32,000 bases of DNA from Aliivibrio fischeri ES114 (GTDB taxonomy: Bacteria > Pseudomonadota > Gammaproteobacteria > Enterobacterales > Vibrionaceae): NCBI RefSeq assembly GCF_000011805.1, contig NC_006841.2; one strand, 5' to 3'. The translations under genes and the position numbers were made by a program. The notes under the pieces were generated by a model. It made no database searches, was not told the DNA's origin, and saw only the letters and a program-made list of their open reading frames with translations. Below, piece by piece: positions 1-7,798 of the stretch (the stretch's first letter is position 1; the number at the start of each line of letters is the position of its first letter).

Positions 1-1
1 A

Positions 2-490
2 GGGGCGGTTCGTACTGACTTTATTCTTTCAGCTGAAATTATTGTGATTGCATTAGGTACAGTGCAAGGGCATCCATTTTTAACACAAGTATTGGTCATG
101 AGTTTAATTGCGGTATTAATGACGATTGGTGTTTATGGCTTAGTTGCAGGTATTGTCAAAATGGATGATCTTGGGTTTTACTTACAACGAAAAAGTGAAG
201 GTAAAGGCGTTATTGGTTCTATTGGTAATGGGTTAGTAGCAATGGCACCTAAGCTTATGAAATTACTGACGGTTGTTGGTACCATTGCTATGTTTTTAGT
301 CGGTGGTGGTATTGTGGTACATAGCCTTCCATTTGTTCATCATGCACTAGAAAGTGTGACGAATCTGCTTCCTTCTATTCCTTATGTGTCTGCAACATAT
401 CCAACGATTGGGAATGGATTTATTGGATTATTTAGTGGTTTTCTTTTGCTCTTTATTATGGCTATGTATCAAAAAGTAAAATCAAAATAA
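2..490 (+). CDS. DUF808 (YedI-like) inner-membrane protein, C-terminal part; 5' end lies outside the window
   Basis: The frame-2 ORF is open from the window edge: bases 2-43 read GAVRTDFILSAEIIV before the listed Met. The product is a series of hydrophobic helices. Resemblance to DUF808/YedI is from memory only. Confidence 0.55.
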   Translation, partial: GAVRTDFILSAEIIVIALGTVQGHPFLTQVLVMSLIAVLMTIGVYGLVAGIVKMDDLGFYLQRKSEGKGVIGSIGNGLVAMAPKLMKLLTVVGTIAMFLVGGGIVVHSLPFVHHALESVTNLLPSIPYVSATYPTIGNGFIGLFSGFLLLFIMAMYQKVKSK

Positions 491-492
491 TA

Positions 493-867
493 CTATTGAT
501 CGTCTGTAAACTTAATAGCGATGGCTTCGGCGTTACCGCGTTCGAAGCCTGTATTTCCACCACCTTTTAATCCCCAAGTTCCTTCCTGTGATGCTCTAAC
601 AATAATAGCGTCAGCACCCAACTTTTCAGCTTCATCCTGTAGTTTTGCAACCATTCCTTCGTTACTTCTATCGTGAAAAATTGTTTGGCCAGTTTGGGTA
701 TTAATGATCCCGAGTTCAGTGTAGGTTCTCTCTGTTGGAGGACTATAGAAAACTTCTACAGGATGGGTATTCACGGAATTTTGATTGGTTACAGTTGTCG
801 TCTTTGCACAACCAAAAAGGAATAGGCTTGAGATGATAACGAGAGATTTAATAAAAAATGATTTCAT
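493..867 (-). CDS. small lipoprotein of unknown function
   Basis: 124-aa ORF with an N-terminal signal sequence ending in the lipobox-like LFLFGC. The mature part is soluble, with an LGADAIIV motif. Confidence 0.6.
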   Translation of the reverse strand: MKSFFIKSLVIISSLFLFGCAKTTTVTNQNSVNTHPVEVFYSPPTERTYTELGIINTQTGQTIFHDRSNEGMVAKLQDEAEKLGADAIIVRASQEGTWGLKGGGNTGFERGNAEAIAIKFTDDQ

Positions 868-1129
868 ATTTGCCTCTGTAGTTTTAAAAGAGAAACAAGC
901 CGATGCATGGAATCACCGGTTGTTTGAGGGATTGACGTAAACCTATATTAATTAATGTTCATGTACCGCTTCATAAAGCTTAGCATCGTTCCGCTTTAAG
1001 TAAGCTTTATCTTCAGTATTGATCTACATATTAAAGAAATTGGTGCGTTTAAAAAGAGAGAGCACACTATACTAACTATTTATAATATAAATGTATTGGT
1101 GCGCTATTTAAGTGCAAGTAAGGGAGTTG

Positions 1130-2038
1130 ATGATGTCAAAACAAAAAGATTTTGATATGAATCTATTACGGGTTTTTGTGTCCGTATGTCAAACAGGTTC
1201 GTTTACTAAAGCATCAGAAGAGTTAGATTTAACACAATCCTCTGTAAGTAATGCTATTCGCCGTTTAAAAAAGGCATTAGGCAACGAGTTATTTACGAGA
1301 TCTGGACGTGGTATCGAGATGACGGCTTTTGGAAAACACTTTTTTGAATCTGTGGAGCCGTCCGTTATGTCTCTAGTGAATATCATTGGTCGAGATGATA
1401 GGTTTGAGCCTTTGACATCGTCACGAAATTTTATTGTGTATGCTTTAGAGTCTGCATTACCGCGTCTGCAAATACGTTTAAGAGAGTTACTAAAGGATAG
1501 CAATATTACAGTGACGTTAAAGGAGCTTCCTAGCAATGAAGAAGAAACATTTGATGCATTGATGCGTGAAAAAGTGGATTTGGTACTTGATGTGATGAAA
1601 CCGCATCAATCTTCTTTAAAAAGTGTGATTGTTTCTGAAGATGCCGCTTGTTGCATCGCACGTATTGGACACCCTCGAATACTTGGAGAAATGACTCATG
1701 AATAGTATTTTAATGAGGCTCATGCATTTCTAAATATGCGAAGAGTAAAACAAACGATTACGGAATATTTAGCTAAAGAAGAACTACCAAAAAGAACTAT
1801 GGGGAGCGAACATACGTCCATGCTTGGTATGATGGCTTGTGTTTCTCAATCTGATTTTGTTGGTGTTAACTCTGTTCGATTAGTTTCACAATATAAAGAA
1901 CAATTTAAATTGCAAATGTTGCCATTACCTTTCTCAACACGTACAACTTCAATTCATATGATTTGGTCCATAAAGTCGCAAAGCAATAGTGCAAATCAAT
2001 GGCTGCGAGAATTGATCATCGCAGCCGAAAGAGATTAA
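1130..2038 (+). pseudogene. LysR-family transcriptional regulator interrupted by a single in-frame TAG at 1703..1705
   Basis: ORFs 1112..1705 and 1736..2038 are in the same frame. The first carries the LysR wHTH (FTKASEELDLTQSSVSNAIRRLKKALGNELFTRSGRG). Reading through the TAG gives about 300 aa, the normal LysR length. AGGGAG lies 3-6 nt before the ATGATG at 1130/1133. Confidence 0.7.
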
Positions 2039-2048
2039 ACGCCTTAAC

Positions 2049-3059
2049 TTAAGGAACCAACCAAGCGGTTGCTTTTGATTTAGATAGAAGCCAACTTAAT
2101 AGTAATGCACCAGAACCACTAAGAATAATCCAAACAGGAATAACCCATAAAGGATGGCCTGTATACCAACCATAATTTTTCATTGGCCATAAGAAGATAG
2201 GGTGGAGTAAGTAAATACCTAAACTGTATTTACTGATGAATCCAATGATAGTCTGAGATTTATCAGAGAGTGATTCTCCAAAGTATCTGCATACATAAAA
2301 AAGCATTGCAGCAGCGGCAACGGTATTAATGGTTTTGTAAGAAAGCCATCGCCCTACTGTATATTCGCCTAGCGCTACACTTTGGTTTATTACCATGAAA
2401 ACGGTTGTGATAAGAGCAAAGGCACCTAAGCTGATAGCAATAGTTAGATTCCTCTTGCTCAGGTTAATGCGTTGATAAAGTGTATAACCAAGCAGTAGAT
2501 AACCACTATATAACCAAATTTCCATACTCCAAATACCTTCGAATTTAATTAGATAGAAACAGGTTGTTAGCAACCAAATTCCGAGCAAAGAAAAAAGAGC
2601 AGTATCATCTAATTTCTGCACTAAGACTCTTAGAAAAGGAATAATAAAATAGAGTGGTATAAAGTAATAAAAGAAACCTAAGTGGTAGTACGTATATTCA
2701 AAAGGTAAGTCTATAAGTACTGATTTAGCTGAGTTGAAGTCGTAACCTTGGGCTGTTAATCCTGAAAATAACGCATAGAAAACTGACCAAAAAAGAAAGG
2801 GTATTAATACTTTCCCTAGACGCTTTTTTATATAATAAGATGGATTAAATTCTCGCTGGTCACTCAGCATTAAAGCCCCTGTTATCATGATAAAAACAGG
2901 AACAGCCCAACGACTTAGTCCGTTTATGGTAACAGCGCTTGCCCATTGATCAAAAGGAATTACATTCAACTCATTACGATATGGGGCTAAGACATGAATG
3001 GCTACAACGGCAATTGCAGCTATGCACCTTAGTAAATCAAAAAAGAAGACTCTTCCCAT
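2049..3059 (-). CDS. acyltransferase family 3 (OafA/YrhL-like) integral membrane protein
   Basis: 336 aa and polytopic. The N-terminal FFDLLRCIAAIAVVAIHV motif is typical of acyltransferase_3 proteins. Confidence 0.7.
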   Translation of the reverse strand: MGRVFFFDLLRCIAAIAVVAIHVLAPYRNELNVIPFDQWASAVTINGLSRWAVPVFIMITGALMLSDQREFNPSYYIKKRLGKVLIPFLFWSVFYALFSGLTAQGYDFNSAKSVLIDLPFEYTYYHLGFFYYFIPLYFIIPFLRVLVQKLDDTALFSLLGIWLLTTCFYLIKFEGIWSMEIWLYSGYLLLGYTLYQRINLSKRNLTIAISLGAFALITTVFMVINQSVALGEYTVGRWLSYKTINTVAAAAMLFYVCRYFGESLSDKSQTIIGFISKYSLGIYLLHPIFLWPMKNYGWYTGHPLWVIPVWIILSGSGALLLSWLLSKSKATAWLVP

Positions 3060-3301
3060 AATATTCCATCCTAATTTAGTGAATTTTTAGTGTAGCAAAT
3101 AGATAATCAGTTTTATGTATTAGCTCAAGTATTGTCTCTTTATAACGCAATCCTCTTTAACTGATGTCCTAGAATTGTAAGTTACATAAAAAATGTTAAC
3201 ACAAACGTAAATTAACTAATGTAACTGGGATTGCTTAATAAACAACAATTTTATGATGTATTATTAACATTAGCTATTAAATAATTATTTAAGGAGTGAA
3301 T

Positions 3302-4261
3302 ATGAAAATTGTTGCAGGAGCACTGATTGCACTTTTTGCGTGTTCAATAAGCGCAGAAGAAGATTCTGATTATACTATTAGCCCATATATTGTTGGTGGT
3401 AGTGATGCTAACGTTGCTGATTATGCGTTTATGGCATCCTTAATGTACGAGTATGATAATCAACCTGGTACTATTTACCCGTTTTGTGGTGGCTCTGTCT
3501 TGGATAGTATGCATATTTTAACCGCAGCGCATTGTGTCTATGATGTTCCTAATTTTACTGTTGGTGATATGAAAGTGGTTATTGAAGCAAATGATGGCCA
3601 AGATATGTTGTCTGCCGACAAAGTTCCCGTTGAGAAAATTTATTATCCAAGTGATTATGATGATGATTCATTATTAAATGATGTTGCTGTTTTAAAACTG
3701 AGTCGCCCATTAACTAATTATACGTCAGGACATGTTGCAGAATTAGGGGATTTAGCTGAACAAGGATACCGTACTACTGATACAGATTTTACTATTGTCG
3801 GCTATGGGCGCTTAGGCTCTAATCAAGCAAATTCAAACGTAGATTTCTTATCAGCTACAGTGAAATATGTTGATCCAGGTGCGTGCGATATTTGGTCTAA
3901 TTTTACGACTTCAAACAAACAAGTATGTACAACCGGAAGCTCACTTGGGAACGGATTAGTAACGGCTACCTGCCAAGGAGATTCAGGCGGACCATTGGTT
4001 TGGGACAATAATGGAGTTAAAACTCAAATAGGTATCGTTAGTTTTGGTCCTGGTGTGTGCGGTGATGAAGCTTTAGTAGCACAGTCAGTGTTTACTGATG
4101 TAAGCCAATATAAGTCATGGATACGACAAGCACAAAATGGAGAAATAGCTCCAACTATTACAGCAAGCAGCGGTGGTGGATCTGGTGGTTCAATCTCTTT
4201 TGCTAGCTTTGTTAGTCTCGTTGCATTTGGTTTGTACCGACGAAGAAAAACGAGCTTTTAA
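3302..4261 (+). CDS. secreted trypsin-like (S1) serine protease with GlyGly-CTERM sorting tail (VesB-like)
   Basis: Catalytic triad motifs are TAAHC, NDVAVLKL and GDSGGP. There is a signal peptide. The C-terminus is SSGGGSGGS followed by a hydrophobic helix and RRRK. AAGGAG lies 5 nt before the ATG at 3302, so the ORF-track start at 3296 is probably too early. Confidence 0.85.
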   Translation: MKIVAGALIALFACSISAEEDSDYTISPYIVGGSDANVADYAFMASLMYEYDNQPGTIYPFCGGSVLDSMHILTAAHCVYDVPNFTVGDMKVVIEANDGQDMLSADKVPVEKIYYPSDYDDDSLLNDVAVLKLSRPLTNYTSGHVAELGDLAEQGYRTTDTDFTIVGYGRLGSNQANSNVDFLSATVKYVDPGACDIWSNFTTSNKQVCTTGSSLGNGLVTATCQGDSGGPLVWDNNGVKTQIGIVSFGPGVCGDEALVAQSVFTDVSQYKSWIRQAQNGEIAPTITASSGGGSGGSISFASFVSLVAFGLYRRRKTSF

Positions 4262-4276
4262 TGTTGGAATAAATAG

Positions 4277-4306
4277 AAAAGGCATAGTATTCGACTATGC
4301 CTTTTT
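4277..4306. terminator. bidirectional rho-independent terminator between convergent protease and desaturase genes
   Basis: Hairpin AAAAGGCATAG-tattcga-CTATGCCTTTT, with an A-run on one side and a T-run on the other. Confidence 0.6.
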
Positions 4307-4320
4307 AGTATTAAGAATGC

Positions 4321-5448
4321 TTATACGTATTGAAGAACAAGACGATTCCAAACTCTCTTTTGATGTTCAAATTGCATTTTTATTTGTTTATGTTGGACAT
4401 TTAAAAGTGCTAATTCATATTTTTTCGATAACGTGTCTTTTTTATTCTCGATTAACTGTTTTTTTGAATCGTAGTATTCAGCCATCCTTTCAATTAATGC
4501 GTCATACTCAGCTTCTAAATGTTCTTTAATTGCATGGTAATTATGTAATGTAGCAATTTTACTTTCTGCTTTTTTACGTAACATGAGCGCTTTGGCTTTT
4601 TCTATTTTTGCTTGTGGACTAACACGAAGTTTATGAGCTAGGCCTAGCAATGAGCAGGTTTTAATAAACCATTTTGTTGGATCATATTGCCACCAGTAAA
4701 TTCCATTTCGGTAGTCATTTTCAAAAATGTGGTGGTAATTATGATAGCCTTCACCAAAAGTGAAAATAGCTAAAAATCCGTTATCTCGAGCTGTATTTTT
4801 TTCTGTATAAGGTTGAGATCCCCAGATGTGAGCTAATGAGTTAATAAAGAACGTTGTGTGATGACTTAATGTTAGACGAACAGCTCCTACCATTAATAGC
4901 ATGCCTATGATATCGCCATAGATAACGCCTAATAATAGAGGTACGCCAATATTCATTATAAGCGCTAAGACAATATAGTGTTTGTGTTGCCACATGAGGA
5001 TATTGTCTTTTTGTAAATCTCGACAGTTGCCATAATCGTTATAGGTAGCTGGTTTATAATGACGTAGCATCCAACCAATATGAGAGAACCAAAAACCACG
5101 CTTAGCTGAGTAGGGGTCTTTGTCATTATCATCAACATGACGATGATGAATACGATGATCAGATGACCAATGAAGTGCGCTATTTTGTAATGCAAAAGCC
5201 CCACCTAGAGCGAAAATGAAACGTAATGCTGGATGGGCGTTATATGCTTTGTGCGACCATAAACGGTGATAACCAGCAGTTATGGATAGGTTACAGAAGC
5301 TAAAAGTTAAAAGTAACCAGATCCAATGTTCACTGCCTAGTGGATTGTAATAAGCATAAATAGGGGTCGCAACAAATGCGAGTAGGAAGCTAGATGTAAA
5401 AATAAATACATTTAGCCAAATAATTGATGGTTTGGTTCCTTGATTCAT
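4321..5448 (-). CDS. membrane fatty-acid (acyl-CoA/acyl-lipid delta-9 type) desaturase
   Basis: Three histidine boxes (HRLWSH, HRIHHRH, HNYHH) in a membrane protein, with a C-terminal coiled-coil-like extension. Confidence 0.85.
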   Translation of the reverse strand: MNQGTKPSIIWLNVFIFTSSFLLAFVATPIYAYYNPLGSEHWIWLLLTFSFCNLSITAGYHRLWSHKAYNAHPALRFIFALGGAFALQNSALHWSSDHRIHHRHVDDNDKDPYSAKRGFWFSHIGWMLRHYKPATYNDYGNCRDLQKDNILMWQHKHYIVLALIMNIGVPLLLGVIYGDIIGMLLMVGAVRLTLSHHTTFFINSLAHIWGSQPYTEKNTARDNGFLAIFTFGEGYHNYHHIFENDYRNGIYWWQYDPTKWFIKTCSLLGLAHKLRVSPQAKIEKAKALMLRKKAESKIATLHNYHAIKEHLEAEYDALIERMAEYYDSKKQLIENKKDTLSKKYELALLNVQHKQIKMQFEHQKRVWNRLVLQYV

Positions 5449-5465
5449 TTTGTAATATCCATTTA

Positions 5466-5512
5466 AGCGTACAGTTGTGCGCTAGAATAGTTTGAGATTA
5501 AATTATAGTCAA
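5466..5512 (-). promoter_or_regulatory. candidate desaturase promoter with abutting FabR/DesT-type palindromic operator
   Basis: The plus strand at 5466..5483 reads AGCGTACAGTTGTGCGCT, close to the E. coli fabB FabR site AGCGTACACGTGTTAGCT as I recall it. On the minus strand, TTGACT (5507..5512), 17 nt, then TATTCT (5484..5489) sit immediately upstream. Confidence 0.4.
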
Positions 5513-5580
5513 GAACAGACATTTAAGAATATGTAACAAATGCGATATAATTCAAGTCGAATTAAGTTTAGGGAAACAAC

Positions 5581-5817
5581 ATGAAAATCTCATTTTCTGA
5601 AGGGGATATTATTGCTAATCAACGTGAGATAGTTATTCGATTAAGCAATAAATCAAGAACAACTCTACAAGCCGAAGTGGATGCAATTACTTTAATTGGT
5701 GGAGCAAATGTTATTAATGCTGTAGGCAGTGGTGCAAAATGGTCAGTTAAGCTAGATGATGAAGTGCAACTGCAACAATTGGCCGAAGAGATCGGTATTG
5801 CAGTTGAATACTATTAA
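5581..5817 (+). CDS. small hypothetical protein (78 aa)
   Basis: Isolated ORF with the GGGAAA purine stretch 5 nt upstream of the ATG. No motif recognised. Confidence 0.45.
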   Translation: MKISFSEGDIIANQREIVIRLSNKSRTTLQAEVDAITLIGGANVINAVGSGAKWSVKLDDEVQLQQLAEEIGIAVEYY

Positions 5818-5826
5818 TTGACAATA

Positions 5827-7062
5827 TTAATCCTCAGGTGAAACAATTTGGTTTTTCCCTTGTTGTTTCGCTTGATACATATTCTTGTCCGCCGTTTGAA
5901 TCAAGGATTCAATATTACAATTACTAGTTTGACACTGGCTTATGCCAATACTGGCAGTTACGATGTGGTGATGATCAGAAAATTGATATACTTCTAATTC
6001 ACATTTTTTTAAAATGGTTGTGGCAATAGCTTTTGCTTGTTTCAAACTATGATTTGAAAGAAAAACAATAAATTCTTCTCCCCCCCAGCGACCGACAATA
6101 CCCGATTCGTCAACGGCTTTTTTACATAAATTAGCAAAACGGACGATCACTTCATCACCTGAAGCGTGCCCAAATTGATCATTAATCCATTTAAAATCAT
6201 CAATATCGATGAGCAAGCAGATTTCAGAACAAGTGTCACTATCGATGATTTTTTGGTTAAGCTTTTCAGTTATCGCTCTGCGATTAAATAGGCCTGTTAA
6301 GTCATCATGTGATGCTTGATATTCTATTTGACGTTCAAGATGGTATTTTTCAGTCACATCAATAATTGAGGTCTGTATTGCCGGTAGGCCTCCCCAATCA
6401 ATGACACTTTCAAATAGTTGAAAATAACGAGTTTGACCGTCAAAGCAGATGTTTTCAACAACATCATTGGTTGAGGTTAATTCTTTTGAGATCAGTTGTT
6501 GATATAGATTGCGAGCATTTTTTTGGTTGTACTCAGGTATAAGACACATAAAACTATCTAATGCCATCACTTCTGCCACAGAGTTTGCTTTTATTAGATC
6601 AACAAAAGCAGGATTTACCATTAGTGGTTTGAAATCTCTATGAACCAGAATGCCTTGTAATGAATGCCAAATAAGATCTTTGTATTTCTGCTCCTGCTCA
6701 AGGATTTGTTGGTTAGCCTGATCAATCGTTGACATATCAATTACTGTAATTTGTAGTGCAGGCGACCCTTGCCATTCAACAACATGATCGACAGTCAATA
6801 CAGAAAAAATTCTGCCTTGAGTATCTTGGTTAACGTATGAACGGACTTTAGGTGTTTCTTTACCTTGCATAACATCATTATAAGCTTGTTGGGCTATTTG
6901 ATGGTATTTTGGATCGATAATATCGAATAACGAACTAAGGTTCATCACCTCTTGAGCTGATTCGAAACCAAACAGTTGTGCGTATTTTTCATCAACAAAT
7001 AGCGGAGTGAAATCTCGATGAATAACGACGCCATACATTGAGTCTATATGGATTGGTTTCAT
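5827..7062 (-). CDS. PAS-PAS-GGDEF diguanylate cyclase
   Basis: Two PAS-like repeats (HRDFTPLFVDEKYAQLFGF and HRDFKPLMVNPAFVDLI) are followed by DDLTGLFNRR and an RWGGEEF active site. No RxxD I-site lies 5 residues upstream of GGEEF. Confidence 0.85.
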   Translation of the reverse strand: MKPIHIDSMYGVVIHRDFTPLFVDEKYAQLFGFESAQEVMNLSSLFDIIDPKYHQIAQQAYNDVMQGKETPKVRSYVNQDTQGRIFSVLTVDHVVEWQGSPALQITVIDMSTIDQANQQILEQEQKYKDLIWHSLQGILVHRDFKPLMVNPAFVDLIKANSVAEVMALDSFMCLIPEYNQKNARNLYQQLISKELTSTNDVVENICFDGQTRYFQLFESVIDWGGLPAIQTSIIDVTEKYHLERQIEYQASHDDLTGLFNRRAITEKLNQKIIDSDTCSEICLLIDIDDFKWINDQFGHASGDEVIVRFANLCKKAVDESGIVGRWGGEEFIVFLSNHSLKQAKAIATTILKKCELEVYQFSDHHHIVTASIGISQCQTSNCNIESLIQTADKNMYQAKQQGKNQIVSPED

Positions 7063-7235
7063 GGAATACCTTAGAACGTGAATCAGTGACCTATATGGTA
7101 TACCTTTATGAGAAATAAGGGAAATTTACGAGCTACATTAGTGAGATAGGTAATGATACTACTATCATTATGCAGTTTTTATGTGATCAAAAAGGAGTTT
7201 TAAGAGATTTTTTGAAACCTAGGCGCTAATAAGAT

Positions 7236-7322
7236 CTCGGAAGTATTTTCATTTTCGACAGATACAAAAAAGGCATCGTCTTTGGACAATGCCTTCGTTG
7301 TAGTGGCGGAGCGGACGGGACT
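7236..7322. repeat. reiterated tRNA-array unit (spacer + terminator + tRNA-Asp 3' end); partner copy at 7442..7528
   Basis: By-eye alignment gives 83/87 identical bases at an offset of 206 nt. A related upstream spacer motif (TTTTGAAACCCAGACTxTATCTG) recurs at about 7207, 7415 and 7589. Confidence 0.85.
7266..7295 (-). terminator. rho-independent terminator after the tRNA-like element
   Basis: The minus strand reads AAGGCATTGTC-CAAA-GACGATGCCTT followed by TTTTTG. Confidence 0.55.
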
Positions 7323-7412
7323 TTCTATCTCACCTTGAGAGCAGCACGACCCTCGGCGTGTCAGGCCGCTAAGCTCTCCAATAAAAAGCCTAACCAACTG
7401 AACTACCGCTCT
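7304..7412 (-). pseudogene. tRNA-Asp-derived mosaic element (tRNA-like, no TpsiC arm)
   Basis: 109 nt. The first 23 nt (1 mismatch) and the last 19 nt match the neighbouring tRNA-Asp, and the variable loop GGGTC is retained. The D-stem 3' strand and the T-arm 5' half are replaced by unrelated 21-nt and 26-nt blocks, and the anticodon loop reads CTGACAC. Confidence 0.55.
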
Positions 7413-7471
7413 AATTTTTGCAACCCAGACTTTATCTGGAACTCGGAAGTATTTTCATTTTCGACAGATAC

Positions 7472-7502
7472 AAAAAAGGCATCGTCTTTCGACAATGCCT
7501 TT
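7472..7502 (-). terminator. rho-independent terminator after tRNA-Asp
   Basis: The minus strand reads AAAGGCATTGTC-GAAA-GACGATGCCTTT followed by a T-run. Confidence 0.6.
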
Positions 7503-7509
7503 GTTGTGT

Positions 7510-7586
7510 TGGCGGAGCGGACGGGACTCGAACCCGCGACCCCCGGCGTGACAGGCCGGTATTCTAACCAACTGAACTACCGCTCC
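7510..7586 (-). tRNA. tRNA-Asp (GUC)
   Basis: The reverse complement is GGAGCGGTAGTTCAGTTGGTTAGAATACCGGCCTGTCACGCCGGGGGTCGCGGGTTCGAGTCCCGTCCGCTCCGCCA. It forms a full cloverleaf with anticodon loop CTGTCAC and an encoded CCA, and is near-identical to E. coli tRNA-Asp. Confidence 0.95.
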
Positions 7587-7625
7587 AATTTTTTGAAACC
7601 CAGACTCTATCTGAATCTCGAAAAG

Positions 7626-7716
7626 TGGCGGAGGGATAGGGATTTGAACCCTAGAAGGGCTATTAACCCTTGCCGGTTTTCAAGACCGGTGCTTTCGACC
7701 ACTCAGCCATCCCTCC
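7626..7716 (-). tRNA. tRNA-Ser (UGA)
   Basis: The reverse complement is GGAGGGATGGCTGAGTGGTCGAAAGCACCGGTCTTGAAAACCGGCAAGGGTTAATAGCCCTTCTAGGGTTCAAATCCCTATCCCTCCGCCA. This is a type II tRNA with a long variable arm and anticodon loop CTTGAAA. Confidence 0.93.
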
Positions 7717-7726
7717 AACGCGGTGA

Positions 7727-7755
7727 ATAATAGTAATCTTTAGTTTTTAAGTAAA
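7727..7755 (-). promoter_or_regulatory. candidate sigma70 promoter of the tRNA operon
   Basis: The minus strand reads TTTACT, 17 nt, TATTAT, then the GC-rich discriminator CACCGCG just before tRNA-Ser. The upstream region is A/T-rich. Confidence 0.45.
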
Positions 7756-7798
7756 GTACTTTTTTGAAAAAAGAGTTTAAGCGTTTAAAAAATAAACG

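Noticed and set aside
1189-1536. 115-aa ORF antisense to the LysR gene
   Set aside because: It is fully embedded antisense in a gene with clear LysR homology. It has no motif or RBS and is a typical shadow ORF.
4173-4529. 118-aa plus-strand ORF; also 4965..5204 (-) and 3823..4008 (-)
   Set aside because: These overlap or are nested in the well-supported protease and desaturase genes in other frames. They are low-complexity shadow ORFs.
7200-7730. ORF-track entries 7335..7730 (+, 131 aa) and 7200..7397 (-, 65 aa)
   Set aside because: They are translations across the tRNA-Ser/tRNA-Asp array and its repeated spacers (LEPATPGVTGRYSNQLNYRS is simply tRNA-Asp read antisense). There is no RBS and no coding logic.
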